Source of the DNA: an uncultured Candidatus Saccharibacteria bacterium
GTDB taxonomy: Bacteria > Patescibacteriota > JABMPQ01 > JAQVVF01
Direction: 5' to 3'
NCBI GenBank assembly: GCA_964574655.1
Contig: CAZNOH010000002.1
Span: 108,596 to 172,595, forward strand
DNA: 64,000 nt
Shown: piece by piece, positions 1 to 10,118 of the stretch
Layout: each line of letters starts with the position of its first letter
How positions within the stretch are numbered: position 1 is the stretch's first letter
The notes under the pieces: generated by a model
The model's input: the letters and a program-made list of their open reading frames with translations, nothing else
Told to the model about the DNA's origin: nothing
Databases searched by the model: none
Program-made: the position numbers and the translations under genes

Positions 1-468
1 ACATCAAAACCAGTTACTGATAGTCAACCTGGTACTGACCAACCCGGCACTGGCCAGTCAACAGCCGGTACTGTTTGTACTTGTAATAATAATGATACTG
101 ATTCAAGTAAAGATAAAGTTGGTTGCGACACTTTTTGCCAAGGTCAAGGACGTAATGGGGTTAAAACTTTCACACCGCCACAACAAGGCCCTGGACAACA
201 AATATCGGGAACCAGCATCACCAATCCAATCGGAGTTAGTTCGCCGATGGAATTAATCCAAAAAATAATAAATTATGTTTTAGGTATCGTTGGCGCTGTA
301 GCAGTTTTGATTATTATCTATTCAGGCTTTGTCTATATGACATCTCGTGGTAATGAAAAGCAAATAGAATCCGCAAAAAATTCTCTTACTTATGCAATTG
401 TAGGGTTAGTTGTGATTTTTGCTTCAATTATTATTGTTAATGCAGTTATATCGGCTATTGGAGGATAA
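1..468 (+). CDS. VirB2/TrbC-like (T4SS-type) pilin-domain protein with Cys/Gly/Pro-rich N-terminal extension; 5' end lies outside the window
   Basis: Frame is open from base 1 (TSKPVTDSQPG...CTC...C...C). C-terminal pilin signature IIYSGFVYMTSRGNEKQIESAKNSLTYAIVG lies between two hydrophobic helices. Confidence 0.8.
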   Translation, partial: TSKPVTDSQPGTDQPGTGQSTAGTVCTCNNNDTDSSKDKVGCDTFCQGQGRNGVKTFTPPQQGPGQQISGTSITNPIGVSSPMELIQKIINYVLGIVGAVAVLIIIYSGFVYMTSRGNEKQIESAKNSLTYAIVGLVVIFASIIIVNAVISAIGG

Positions 469-476
469 GAAATAAT

Positions 477-600
477 AATTTTCAATAACCAATTTCCAAT
501 TTACAATAAATTTTCAATTCTCAATTTTCAAACTCGAACGGAAAAGGGCTCATTGGAAATTGAGAATTGAAAATTTATTGTAAATTGGAAATTGTAAATT
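477..600. repeat. Long periodic palindrome, 7-nt CAATTTN class
   Basis: 490-531 matches the reverse complement of 553-594 at 41/42 positions; loop contains TCGAACGG. Confidence 0.9.
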
Positions 601-613
601 ATAACAAAATTAT

Positions 614-1039
614 ATGAAAAAAATATCAATTTTCGTTGCAACATTATTAACAAGTCTTATAACATTTCAAGTAGTCTTTGCAAAATGGGGCCTTGAAAAT
701 TTAGCTGATACAGGCTTGCCACAAGACACACCAGGTGCATTTATCGCTAGAATAGTTAGTTACGCCCTAGGTTTTATTGGCATTATTTTAATAGTAATGA
801 TTATTTACGGCGGATTTTTGTATATGACAGGAGGAGGCAATGAAAAGCAAACAGAAACAGCAAAAAATGTCCTTACCTATGCAATCATTGGCGCTGTTGT
901 AATTTTTTCCGCTTACATTATTGCCAGACTAGTTATTTCTGCTTTGACCTCCGGAGCTACACCAGCTCCAACCACGCAGGAAACAACGCCACCAGCAACA
1001 ACATTGCCGACTACTACGCCACCGGCAACAACACCCTAG
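614..1039 (+). CDS. VirB2/TrbC-like pilin with Thr/Pro-rich C-terminal tail
   Basis: Signal peptide ending VFA; IIYGGFLYMTGGGNEKQTETAKNVLTYAIIG; tail TPAPTTQETTPPATTLPTTTPPATTP. Confidence 0.85.
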   Translation: MKKISIFVATLLTSLITFQVVFAKWGLENLADTGLPQDTPGAFIARIVSYALGFIGIILIVMIIYGGFLYMTGGGNEKQTETAKNVLTYAIIGAVVIFSAYIIARLVISALTSGATPAPTTQETTPPATTLPTTTPPATTP

Positions 1040-1093
1040 TCTAGTCAATTTTAGTCCGTCAATCAAAGTTCTAGTTTGCAACAATTAAAAAGA

Positions 1094-1834
1094 ATGTTTA
1101 AAAAAATAATTTTCATTTTCTTATTTATCTTAGTTTTGGGTAACTTATTAGTTCCTCATTTTTCTTTTGCTCAATATGGCTTAGAAGAGGGTCAAAAAAT
1201 TCAAGGATTATCACAAAGCGCGCCAGAAATATTCGTTGGCAGAATAATAAAGGCAGTATTATTAGTTATTGGCGTTATTTTGATAGTCTTAATAATCTAT
1301 GGCGGTTTTACCTATGCGACAGCAATGGGGAACGAACAAAAAATTGAAACAGGCAAAAAAATACTGGTTTACGCTATCATTGGCACGATCATAATCGCTT
1401 TAGCATACGCAATTACTACTTTAGTCATTAATGTTTTATTTCCAAAAGACAAAACAGGAACAACACAAACTCAAGATCCAACAAAAACCGAAGGCCAAGG
1501 GCAAGGCCTTAAGGATCTTCCGGGCTCAAACATGACCATTGATCCTTTTTCTGAAGAAACATGCGTAAAAGTAGGCGAAAAATGTCTTTTTTCTCCGGAA
1601 GCTTCAGTCGAAGATGGAACATTGCATGTTCAAGGCGCAACACCTGCTAATATTTGTTGTAGCGGCCTAGATTGCAATCTCAGCACTCAAACCTGCGTCA
1701 AAAAATGCGCTAATAATGGTGAAAGCTTTGTTAGAGAAACATTAACCAAAAGAGAATATATCCCTTGTTGTTCAGCTGATTTAGTCAGAAACACAGATCT
1801 AAGCAATCCGATATGCTATAAACCAAAATTATAG
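1094..1834 (+). CDS. VirB2/TrbC-like pilin with Cys-rich C-terminal domain
   Basis: IIYGGFTYATAMGNEQKIETGKKILVYAIIG; C-terminal C..C..CC..C..C pattern. ATG 1094 preferred over TTG 1076. Confidence 0.85.
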   Translation: MFKKIIFIFLFILVLGNLLVPHFSFAQYGLEEGQKIQGLSQSAPEIFVGRIIKAVLLVIGVILIVLIIYGGFTYATAMGNEQKIETGKKILVYAIIGTIIIALAYAITTLVINVLFPKDKTGTTQTQDPTKTEGQGQGLKDLPGSNMTIDPFSEETCVKVGEKCLFSPEASVEDGTLHVQGATPANICCSGLDCNLSTQTCVKKCANNGESFVRETLTKREYIPCCSADLVRNTDLSNPICYKPKL

Positions 1835-1873
1835 CATATAGCAAAGCCATGATTTTTAATTCTTGATGAATTT

Positions 1874-2278
1874 ATGAATATAGTAAAGAACATAAAAACA
1901 ATATTAATTTGTCTAGTCATATTTTTTAGTTTTCAGATGTTATTGCCAGCACAAGTCTTTTCAGCCGACGATACAGGTGTTCCCGAAATAAATCAACAAA
2001 TGGAGGAATTTGGTTCAACAACTCCAGTCTCAACAGCAGATCTTCCAACATTCGTTGGCAGAATAATAAAATGGGTTATACTAATCATCGGCGTTATTCT
2101 AATCACAGTGATTATTTATGGAGGATTGACCTATGCTACTGCTGCTGGGAGCCAAGAAAAAACAGAGTCAGCCAAAAAGATTTTAGTTTATGCTATAATT
2201 GGTGTGATCATCATTGCCTTGGCCTATGTTCTGACTGATTTTATTATCAATGCTTTATTTGAATCTAGGTCTACATAA
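1874..2278 (+). CDS. VirB2/TrbC-like pilin
   Basis: IIYGGLTYATAAGSQEKTESAKKILVYAIIG; paralog of its neighbours. Confidence 0.85.
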   Translation: MNIVKNIKTILICLVIFFSFQMLLPAQVFSADDTGVPEINQQMEEFGSTTPVSTADLPTFVGRIIKWVILIIGVILITVIIYGGLTYATAAGSQEKTESAKKILVYAIIGVIIIALAYVLTDFIINALFESRST

Positions 2279-2391
2279 AATCCTAAGCTCAAAATCCTAA
2301 AATTCCTAATGTTCAAAACATGGCAATCAATTTATTAGTTATTTAGAATTTTGAATTTATTTAGAATTTTGGATTTAGGATTTAGTATTTT
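2277..2391. repeat. Long periodic palindrome, 7-nt CTAAATN class (short left arm)
   Basis: AAATCCTAAGCTCAAAATCCTAA... versus ...ATTTATTTAGAATTTTGGATTTAGGATTTAGTATTT. Confidence 0.75.
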
Positions 2392-2416
2392 AATTTTAAG
2401 AAAGGGGGTGATAGAA

Positions 2417-2803
2417 TTGACAAAAATATTTGCAAGCATAGCGATCTGCGCAATACTAGTATTATGTGTTGCTCCAGTTTTGGCTGCTCCAGCAAGATCA
2501 AATCCTGGTGATTCAGGACCGCAGAATGCTTTGGAAAACCTTAGAAATGAAGCCAATTATACCACCACTGATTTAATAACATTCATTGGTAGAATCATTA
2601 AATGGGTATTGGGAATAATCGGTGTAGTTATGATTGCTTTATTCGTTTACGGCGGTGTTACATACGCAACTTCAGCTGGTTCTGAAGAAAAAATTGAGAA
2701 TGGTAAGAAAATTATGGTTTACACAATCATTGGTGTTATCATAATTGCTTTGGCATATGTTCTGACAGACTTCATTATTTCAGCTTTATTCCCAACATTC
2801 TAA
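2417..2803 (+). CDS. VirB2/TrbC-like pilin
   Basis: FVYGGVTYATSAGSEEKIENGKKIMVYTIIG. Start moved to TTG 2417 behind AAGGGGGTG because the track start at 2351 lies inside a repeat. Confidence 0.85.
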   Translation: MTKIFASIAICAILVLCVAPVLAAPARSNPGDSGPQNALENLRNEANYTTTDLITFIGRIIKWVLGIIGVVMIALFVYGGVTYATSAGSEEKIENGKKIMVYTIIGVIIIALAYVLTDFIISALFPTF

Positions 2804-2832
2804 GGCATAATAAAAATATATTTTTATTCAAG

Positions 2833-2866
2833 ACAGGCCACTATCAATTTAGCGAGCCTGTTTTTA
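2833..2866 (+). terminator. Probable intrinsic terminator of the pilin cluster
   Basis: ACAGGC...GCCTGT followed by a T tract. Confidence 0.55.
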
Positions 2867-2874
2867 TTATGGTA

Positions 2875-2984
2875 AAATATAATACGAATACGAGTACGAA
2901 TGATGCGAATGATACAAATTACGAATCGACGCATTCGTAATTCGCAATATTCGCATTATTCGTATTGTCATTCGTATTATATTT
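2875..2984. repeat. Long periodic palindrome, TACGAAT class (inverted relative to the 32435 and 57892 copies)
   Basis: Arms 2875-2926 and 2933-2984; loop CGACGC. Confidence 0.9.
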
Positions 2985-2988
2985 AGAC

Positions 2989-4650
2989 ATGTTCAAAAAA
3001 CAGCCCATAATATTAGCAATGGCCATAATTATTTACGTAGCATTTTTCACAATGTTATGTTTTTTGAAATACGACAATTTTTTATATCAAGAATTAGATT
3101 TAGGCATAATTAATCAAGTTTTTTACAATTTAGCAAACAATATTTCATTTTACTCGGCAATACAAAATCAAAGCTATCTTGGCGACCATTTTTCGCCAAT
3201 CATCATTATATTATTGCCATTTTATTATTTTTTTCAAAGTCCAAAAACATTATTGATTTTGCAGACTATTATTTTAAGTTTAGCAGCAATTCCAATCTAT
3301 CTGATTGCAAAAGAAAAACTCAAAAACAAAAATCTAGCACTAATTGCCGGTCTAATTTTCTTAGCTAATCCAGCATTGCATAGCGTTAATTTATATGAGT
3401 TTAGTTTTTTGTCTTTTGCCGTTTTTTTATTGCTAGTTACATATCATTCATTCCAGAAGAAAGTGTTTTCTTATTTTCTTGTTTTCTTATTGCTATGTTT
3501 GCTAGTTCGTGAAGATCTCGCTCTAATTATATTCATGTTTGGAATCTATGCTTTATTAAAAAAACGCCAACTAAAATGGATTCTGCCACCAATGATTATA
3601 AGCATTATTTACTTTATTTTAAGTTTAAAAATAATTAGTTATTTTAATGTTGATAATAGTTACAAATTTATAATTCACTATTCATGGCTGGGGAATAGCA
3701 TCAGGGATTTATTCATTAATTTTTTTCTAAAATTTCCAGATATCTTTTTACACTTTCTAAATTTAGAAAACATAATATTTATTTTATACTTATTAATTCC
3801 AGTTTTTTTCTTACCAGTTTTTGGAAAAAAGACGCTTATATTTTTTATTCCAATTCTACTCCAATTTGGCTTGGCAAATTCTGGATTTAAAGGCATCTTT
3901 TTTACTCATTATCTATCATTATTTGTTCCATTTATTTTTATATCCGCAATCTATGGTGTTTCTCTAATTCTATCTCCAATACGTCTAATGCCATCTCGAA
4001 TTCAGTCATCAAAGATTTATAAGAAAATTTGTTTTGGTAAAATAAAAATAAATTTAGGCAGAAAAGAATACATTTTAATTTTATTTCTATTAATTTTTAT
4101 AACAATTTCTAGCAATATTGGTTTTAGTCCCTCATACAATTTGCCCAAAAAGCTAATAAAAGTTGATTCAGAAAAAGGTAAAAACAAACAAAATCTAGTT
4201 GATGAAATTCCAAAATGCCGATGCTCTAAAAATTACATTTTAGCCACAAATGATTTCTTGCCAGTCTTATCTAACAACGAAAATTTATACTCAGCTTTTT
4301 ATTTGGTAAAAGGAAAAAAGCAATATTCAAATCAGGATTATGATATTCCAAAATTAAATTATGCTTTAATCAATTATGAGCAATTTATTAAGAGCTGTCA
4401 GAATCAAGAAAATTTATCGCAGAATAAAAACATTTGTAAACAGGCAAAAAAGAGATTAAAAAATGTATTATTGCAAAACAAGCTTTCGCCAAAAAAAATA
4501 ATTGAAAATAATGTTTTATATTCTAGCAATTATCAATCTGAAAAAACATTTCAATCTTTGCAAAAAAAAGAATCAGATATTATCATTAATCTAAGCAAAA
4601 AGAAATATAATGTTATGCTTGACGAATCATCATTAGAAATTGAAAATTAA
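2989..4650 (+). CDS. DUF2079-like polytopic membrane protein (GT-C-type glycosyltransferase candidate)
   Basis: DLGIINQ...YLGDHFSPI motif, REDL, many TM helices. ATG 2989 chosen because the track start lies in the repeat. Confidence 0.7.
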   Translation: MFKKQPIILAMAIIIYVAFFTMLCFLKYDNFLYQELDLGIINQVFYNLANNISFYSAIQNQSYLGDHFSPIIIILLPFYYFFQSPKTLLILQTIILSLAAIPIYLIAKEKLKNKNLALIAGLIFLANPALHSVNLYEFSFLSFAVFLLLVTYHSFQKKVFSYFLVFLLLCLLVREDLALIIFMFGIYALLKKRQLKWILPPMIISIIYFILSLKIISYFNVDNSYKFIIHYSWLGNSIRDLFINFFLKFPDIFLHFLNLENIIFILYLLIPVFFLPVFGKKTLIFFIPILLQFGLANSGFKGIFFTHYLSLFVPFIFISAIYGVSLILSPIRLMPSRIQSSKIYKKICFGKIKINLGRKEYILILFLLIFITISSNIGFSPSYNLPKKLIKVDSEKGKNKQNLVDEIPKCRCSKNYILATNDFLPVLSNNENLYSAFYLVKGKKQYSNQDYDIPKLNYALINYEQFIKSCQNQENLSQNKNICKQAKKRLKNVLLQNKLSPKKIIENNVLYSSNYQSEKTFQSLQKKESDIIINLSKKKYNVMLDESSLEIEN

Positions 4651-4653
4651 TTT

Positions 4654-6246
4654 ATGTTAAGTAGCATTACGAAAAAAGAATGGCTCGTAGTTTCATTAAT
4701 TGCTTTAATAACAATTACTATTGTTATTGCGCCATATTTATTTGGCTATTTTACTACTCCTCAAAACATGATTTTTACTGGCGTTACTTTTGATCAGGAT
4801 TATTCCTATTTCTCCATGATGGAGCAAGCAAAAGAAGGAAAAATACTATTCAAAAATCTTTATACGTCAGAAGACCATCAGGCAATTTTTTTCAGGCCGT
4901 TGTTTTTATTTATGGGGCTATTTGCAAAATTTTTGCATCTGTCCAATTTTTTTGTTTTCCATTTATTTAAAATAATTTTTGTTGCCATTTTTATATTTTT
5001 GGCTTACAAGTTCATCTCAATCTTCTTTAGCGAAAAAATAAATCGCATAATTTGTTTGATAATTCTTCTATTTTCATCAGGTTTTGGTTTTTTAGGGCAG
5101 AGATTATTTAGTTATCTATCAACAGATCTTTGGATACCAGAATCACAGACCTTTGCTTCATTTTTCACTCAGCCTCATTTTGTTTTATCGCAAATTTTAA
5201 TTCTAGTTTGTTTTATTTGTTTATTAAAGAAAGAGCTTCGTTTTGCTCTCTTGGCAGGTCTGGCAAATTTTATTTTAGGTTTAGAGCATCCATTCGATTT
5301 GCCTGTCACGCTTTTAGTCCCATTTATTTATTTCATAATTTTATTCTTCTGGAAAAAAGAAAACAGAATTATGAATTATCTAATTTATTGCGCTATCTCA
5401 GTCGTACCAGTTATCTATCAATATTGGACAATGAAGATTGAGCCTATTGCCAAAGCCTGGAATGATCAAAACATTTTGAAATCGCCAGAAATTTTAGCCT
5501 GGATAGTCGGTTATGGCATCATCACAATCTTTGCAATTATTGGTTTCTTAAAATTTTTCAAAAATAAAAATAAAAATTTATTATTAATTAATATTTGGGC
5601 AATTGTTAATGTCTGTTTGCTATATTTGCCAGTCAATTTTCAAAGGCGAATGTCTGAAGGCTTGCATATTCCCTTGACTATTTTGGCAACTTTCGGTATT
5701 CTCATGGTTTATAATTTTTTGAATAAAAAAAGCATTAAGCACAAAATTCACACCCATATTCCAAAGATTGCTTTTTTATGGGTAATCGCTTTATCTCTGC
5801 CTTTTAGCAATATAAATCGCGTTGCTAATTATTTCAATAATTATGCTAAAGCAAAAGCATTGCCTTATTATTTCAGCCAGGACTTTTTTCAAGCTACAAA
5901 ATACTTTAACGACAATAAAATATTTGATCAAACAATTTTGGCTTCGCAAAAAAATGGTCCATTCATTTCAGGTCTGACAACAAACAGAGTTTATCTTGGA
6001 TTTGTTTTTCAGACCAAAGATTATTCTATCAAAAAAGATACTGTTGCATGGTTCTTCAAAGATAATCAGAAAATTAAACAAAAACAAGAATTTTTGCAGA
6101 AGAGAAATATCAAATATATCTTGTACGGTCCAGAAGAAAAAAAGCTTGGCAAAATTAATTTAGACAAAAAAGACTTCTTGGAAAAAGTCTATCAGAATGG
6201 TAGTTATGCTATTTACAAGATAAATGACAAAAAAACAAAAACTTAA
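4654..6246 (+). CDS. Polytopic membrane protein, probable GT-C glycosyltransferase
   Basis: DQDYSYFSMM after TM1; about 12 TM helices; C-terminal soluble domain ending FLQKRNIKYI...VYQNGSYAIYKI. Confidence 0.6.
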   Translation: MLSSITKKEWLVVSLIALITITIVIAPYLFGYFTTPQNMIFTGVTFDQDYSYFSMMEQAKEGKILFKNLYTSEDHQAIFFRPLFLFMGLFAKFLHLSNFFVFHLFKIIFVAIFIFLAYKFISIFFSEKINRIICLIILLFSSGFGFLGQRLFSYLSTDLWIPESQTFASFFTQPHFVLSQILILVCFICLLKKELRFALLAGLANFILGLEHPFDLPVTLLVPFIYFIILFFWKKENRIMNYLIYCAISVVPVIYQYWTMKIEPIAKAWNDQNILKSPEILAWIVGYGIITIFAIIGFLKFFKNKNKNLLLINIWAIVNVCLLYLPVNFQRRMSEGLHIPLTILATFGILMVYNFLNKKSIKHKIHTHIPKIAFLWVIALSLPFSNINRVANYFNNYAKAKALPYYFSQDFFQATKYFNDNKIFDQTILASQKNGPFISGLTTNRVYLGFVFQTKDYSIKKDTVAWFFKDNQKIKQKQEFLQKRNIKYILYGPEEKKLGKINLDKKDFLEKVYQNGSYAIYKINDKKTKT

Positions 6247-6352
6247 AAAACAAACAAAACACAAATAACAAAAAACAAACTATAATTCAAAGTTTGTTTT
6301 TTTTGTAGTTTGTAATTTGGAATTTGTTTGTTTTTTGTCTTTTTGTAATTTT
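6222..6352. repeat. Long periodic palindrome, CAAAAAA class; overlaps the upstream stop codon
   Basis: C/A-rich left arm with AAACAAA break versus G/T-rich right arm with TTTGTTT. Confidence 0.75.
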
Positions 6353-6358
6353 ATTTTT

Positions 6359-7945
6359 TTATTTCAGTTTATAAATTCTGCAATATTTTGAATCAAATAC
6401 TTTTTCAAATCTATCATCATCATTAAACATACTAAAAACTTTCTTATTCTTATTATTAACTAAAACATAATTAGATTTAAAGTCGTTTTTTATAGTCAAA
6501 TAAGCATCATCTTCTTCTTTTGAAATATTTTGCCATTTATTATACAAATCCAGATTATAATTATAAGTAAAAGTAGGGTCTAAGCCAAAGCCATAATAAT
6601 TTTCACTATTATTCAAAAATAATGGTGGAAAATCGCTCCAATCTAGATTCAAAATAATAGTATTTTTGGGTGTATTATTTTTAATCCAAAGAGCAGCTTT
6701 CTCTAAATCTGGCACATTTTTGGCCGAAGAATTGCCAATGCTGGCTTGTGCAGAAATCATATTGCTTACCCCAATAGAGATGATAGCAACTAAAACAAAA
6801 AGAAAAGCAAAAGACTTAAAAAATAAAAGAAAATATTGTTTTAGCCATGTTCTAATAGAATAAAAATGTTGTTTATTTTCTAAGACAATCAAAATTTGCT
6901 TAAACCATTTTTGATAATCTATTCTCTCCAATAAATCGCTCAAACAAAAAGCGCCAAAAAGTAAACAAAGAGGAACCATTAATTCAACAAATCTTTGTGA
7001 TCGCAGAGTCAAAGCAAAAAACAAAGTTGAAATAACAAAAAGAGTTATTTTAAAAGCAAATAGCTCTTTTTTTATTTTGTATTTTTTCAAAATAATATCT
7101 ATTATCAAAACAACAATTCCAGCAACATATGCGACAACTGCTAAAAAATTATTGGTCAAAAAATCCCAATCTTTGAACGGAGACCATTCTGCCCCAACTG
7201 GAATTTTTGTAAATGGCCCAGTTCCCAAAACTTGAATTTTCAAAAAAGAATAGAAATTTCTAGCATAGGGATTAGTCAAAATACTTAAAACAATTGCGCC
7301 TAAACAAATCAATATTTCTTTCCATTCAAATCTTTTTACAAAAATTAATCTAGTTAAATAAAAAATAAAAGCAAAAATAATTAAAAATATAAAACCGCCA
7401 TATAGCCAAACATAAAAGAAAGAAAACAAGGCAATCAAAAAATATTTCAGCCATTTAATTTTAAAATCATAATAAAAGCTAAACAAAATCATAATCAAAA
7501 AAAACAAAGATAAGGCAGGCACGCGGATCAAAATCATTCTAAACAAAAAAGAGCTTGAACTAAACAATAATAAAATCGCCCACCAAAAAGAAAAAGAAAT
7601 CTTATTTTTTTCTAGAATTAAATAAAAAGCCAGAACAGCTAAAGACGCAAACAGAATATCAGCAATCTTTGCGCCAATTATTGGATCTATTGCAACGAAA
7701 GGGATTAACAGAATATGAAACAAAAAATGATGATCAACGTAATGATCTTTCAAGGTAGAGAATTGCATCCACGGAAAATCTTGAAAAACAAATTTTCCGT
7801 CAATCATCATCTCCGTAATTTTGACATGATAATAAGAATCAGGACACAAAAATAATTCCAGCGAAAATTGCAGAATAGAAAAAACAGTTACAGCAATTAA
7901 GAAAACTAAAATATACTTTAAAATTTTGAAATTTCTTTGTTTCAT
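6359..7945 (-). CDS. Polytopic membrane protein, GT-C / STT3-PMT-like glycosyltransferase candidate
   Basis: PDSYYH after TM1, EWSP, and WIKNNT...LDWSDF in the C-terminal soluble domain. Confidence 0.65.
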   Translation of the reverse strand: MKQRNFKILKYILVFLIAVTVFSILQFSLELFLCPDSYYHVKITEMMIDGKFVFQDFPWMQFSTLKDHYVDHHFLFHILLIPFVAIDPIIGAKIADILFASLAVLAFYLILEKNKISFSFWWAILLLFSSSSFLFRMILIRVPALSLFFLIMILFSFYYDFKIKWLKYFLIALFSFFYVWLYGGFIFLIIFAFIFYLTRLIFVKRFEWKEILICLGAIVLSILTNPYARNFYSFLKIQVLGTGPFTKIPVGAEWSPFKDWDFLTNNFLAVVAYVAGIVVLIIDIILKKYKIKKELFAFKITLFVISTLFFALTLRSQRFVELMVPLCLLFGAFCLSDLLERIDYQKWFKQILIVLENKQHFYSIRTWLKQYFLLFFKSFAFLFVLVAIISIGVSNMISAQASIGNSSAKNVPDLEKAALWIKNNTPKNTIILNLDWSDFPPLFLNNSENYYGFGLDPTFTYNYNLDLYNKWQNISKEEDDAYLTIKNDFKSNYVLVNNKNKKVFSMFNDDDRFEKVFDSKYCRIYKLK

Positions 7946-7962
7946 AAAATATATTCTAACAT

Positions 7963-8011
7963 AAAAAAATCAACAAAAAAATCAACAAAAAAATCAACAA
8001 AAATGTTGATT
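7963..8011. repeat. Three tandem 12-bp units (AAAAAAATCAAC) plus GTTGATTT; minus-strand terminator hairpin with an expanded arm
   Basis: Read directly; AAATCAAC/GTTGATTT stem sits at the end of ORF 8011-8838. Confidence 0.7.
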
Positions 8012-8838
8012 TAACCAATGAGCCATTTTGGAGAAGAATGAAATTTTGGATCTTCGTGTTTAAAGCTAACCTCTACTGGAAATTCCTGTCCGTTGTCCCT
8101 GAAACGAAAGACAATTTTTCGGGTAAGTTCATAATAAGCTCTCAGTTTTTTATTTTCTTCTGCTCTTTCGAAGTCGTCACGAGTAACCGGTTTCTCACCA
8201 TACCATTTTGAAATAAAGCCATGAAAAACGCCGTTGGCAAGAACATCATCTACGGCAACTGTAACAACATAACTAATTTGTTGATCATTATGCAGAACTA
8301 AAGAATCAATTAATTTATCGTGCAGATAAACATCTAAAAAAATACCTTCCCACAAATGAGTTGCATCATTAAATCTATATAGTCTTAACAGTATCATCCT
8401 TACAGCGTTTTCTCCATCAACAACTCGATTAGTAATTTTTTTAATTACACGAACTTTTTCATCGAGAGCTAGACTATGTATCTTATGTCCTTTTTTTACA
8501 TCAGTACTGCCATTTTTCTTCGGATGTGCTTTCTTTTCGACAGGAATATCAAGATAAAGAGCATTATTACCTGCAAATACCCCCTTTGAATCAAAAACAA
8601 AAGCATCTGCGTGCACTCCGCAAACATCATTTGGAATAAGAATATAATCTGTTACCGCTTCTCCTGTCTCATCTGTCGTAATCGTTGTTACAATTTTACC
8701 ATCAATTTTTATAATCACATCTTTATTTACACAGGGAATGCCTTCGTCAGAAAACAGTAACACAGACAAATAGATTCTCCACTTTTCCAGTTGCGAATCC
8801 CATTCGTTTTTTAGATGTCTTAATTGTATTCGCATCAT
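8011..8838 (-). CDS. Hypothetical protein (beta-rich N-terminus)
   Basis: 275-aa ORF coupled to the upstream TPR gene by an ATGA overlap, with GGAGG upstream. Confidence 0.65.
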   Translation of the reverse strand: MMRIQLRHLKNEWDSQLEKWRIYLSVLLFSDEGIPCVNKDVIIKIDGKIVTTITTDETGEAVTDYILIPNDVCGVHADAFVFDSKGVFAGNNALYLDIPVEKKAHPKKNGSTDVKKGHKIHSLALDEKVRVIKKITNRVVDGENAVRMILLRLYRFNDATHLWEGIFLDVYLHDKLIDSLVLHNDQQISYVVTVAVDDVLANGVFHGFISKWYGEKPVTRDDFERAEENKKLRAYYELTRKIVFRFRDNGQEFPVEVSFKHEDPKFHSSPKWLIG

Positions 8839-9950
8839 TGCCTCCTTTGAGCCTCTAGTTGCTCTATGGCTCGACTTACTCTTCTCGCCTCATAATCTGC
8901 TCCGGCAGAGCTTTTTTCTGCCAAGACCTTTCTTGCCAGGGTAGTCAGTAAATTATTCAAAAAACCAGACTCAATATTAGATTTAGGCAAATATTTTAAA
9001 ACACCATCAATGTTTCTTGAAATTGCTCTTTGTAACACTTCTTGTCCAAGATACAATCTTCCATGAATTAAGCAAAAAATACCAAACATTGTCATAAAAT
9101 AAATATCTTGCTGATATCTTTTTCGCAAAATAACAAAAAAATAATTAGTAATTTTGTTCGCATAAATTCCCAAATCTTTTTCAACTATCATTCTTAATAA
9201 AAATTCAGGATTTTCTGACAAAAAATCAAAGAAAGATTCAAGAATATTATGTCCTGCTAGAATTCCATAATGAAACCATTCATAAGCAGAATCTAGCGTG
9301 TATTCTTCGCGTAAAGCCTGATTAGCATAATCAACAGCTTGCTTATAATTTCCTCTAGAATATTCTATTCGTGACAAAAACAATAAAGCTTTGCTTTTAC
9401 AATCCGGAGTTTTTGCATTTGACACCGCTCTTTGAAAAGAAATATGGGCATCATCAAAAAAACCACTTTGCAAAAAACACATTGCTAGATCAATATCAAT
9501 GCAATAATCAGTTGGATTTAATTCTTGATCCAATCTAAATAGCCTTAATGCTTCTTTGACATTTCCTCGCGCAAAAGCAATTTCTCCTAGCTTCTTTTTT
9601 TGTTCAGCTGAAATCTCATCCGGTCTGCTTAAAATATCGGAAATTCTTAACAATTCAGCTATTTGTTTTTGATGTTCCAAGATCAAAGCGCTGTGCGACC
9701 AACGTAAAAATCCTTCAATGCTTTCCAGTTTTTCAATCATATCTAATTTCAATGATGCTAATTCATCTGCCAAAAGAGTTTGGTCTGGAATTTCTACCAC
9801 AATTCGTGAAGTATCGCTAGGTGAATTTGCATTTAAAGTTGCAACAATTCCTTTTTGAGAGGCAATCAGCCTTCCTGTTCTTTCGCAATTTGGGCAAGTA
9901 AAAATATTCCAGCCATCATGTGATGAACCGCAAGAAAAACAATGGGACAT
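8835..9950 (-). CDS. TPR-repeat protein with N-terminal CxxC...CxxC Zn ribbon
   Basis: CFSC...CPNC; TPR-like helices (LGEIAFARGNVKEALRLF, LSRIEYSRGNYKQAVDYANQAL); SD GGAGG. Confidence 0.75.
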   Translation of the reverse strand: MSHCFSCGSSHDGWNIFTCPNCERTGRLIASQKGIVATLNANSPSDTSRIVVEIPDQTLLADELASLKLDMIEKLESIEGFLRWSHSALILEHQKQIAELLRISDILSRPDEISAEQKKKLGEIAFARGNVKEALRLFRLDQELNPTDYCIDIDLAMCFLQSGFFDDAHISFQRAVSNAKTPDCKSKALLFLSRIEYSRGNYKQAVDYANQALREEYTLDSAYEWFHYGILAGHNILESFFDFLSENPEFLLRMIVEKDLGIYANKITNYFFVILRKRYQQDIYFMTMFGIFCLIHGRLYLGQEVLQRAISRNIDGVLKYLPKSNIESGFLNNLLTTLARKVLAEKSSAGADYEARRVSRAIEQLEAQRRQ

Positions 9951-10006
9951 TTCTCCACCTCCTCTTTGGATTTGGTTGTAAAAGGACGATCAGTAATTGA
10001 CAGCGT

Positions 10007-10035
10007 ATCATAATGGTTATTAATTATTTTGTCAA
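10007..10035 (-). promoter_or_regulatory. sigma70-type promoter of the TPR operon
   Basis: TTGACA-N17-TATGAT on the minus strand. Confidence 0.65.
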
Positions 10036-10118
10036 CATTTACGAACGCATTTATATTCATTTTCCATAAAAAAACAGGTCAGTGACTCGCTTTCGCAAGT
10101 TTGACCTGTCAAAGAACG

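Noticed and set aside
2335-2556. Minus-strand ORF and the N-terminal extensions of ORFs at 2351, 2965, 31571 and 32491
   Set aside because: They read through palindromic repeats or shadow a real gene; better starts exist downstream.
7963-8011. 12-bp tandem repeat as iterons or an operator array
   Set aside because: It is more simply explained by slippage duplication of one arm of a terminator hairpin.
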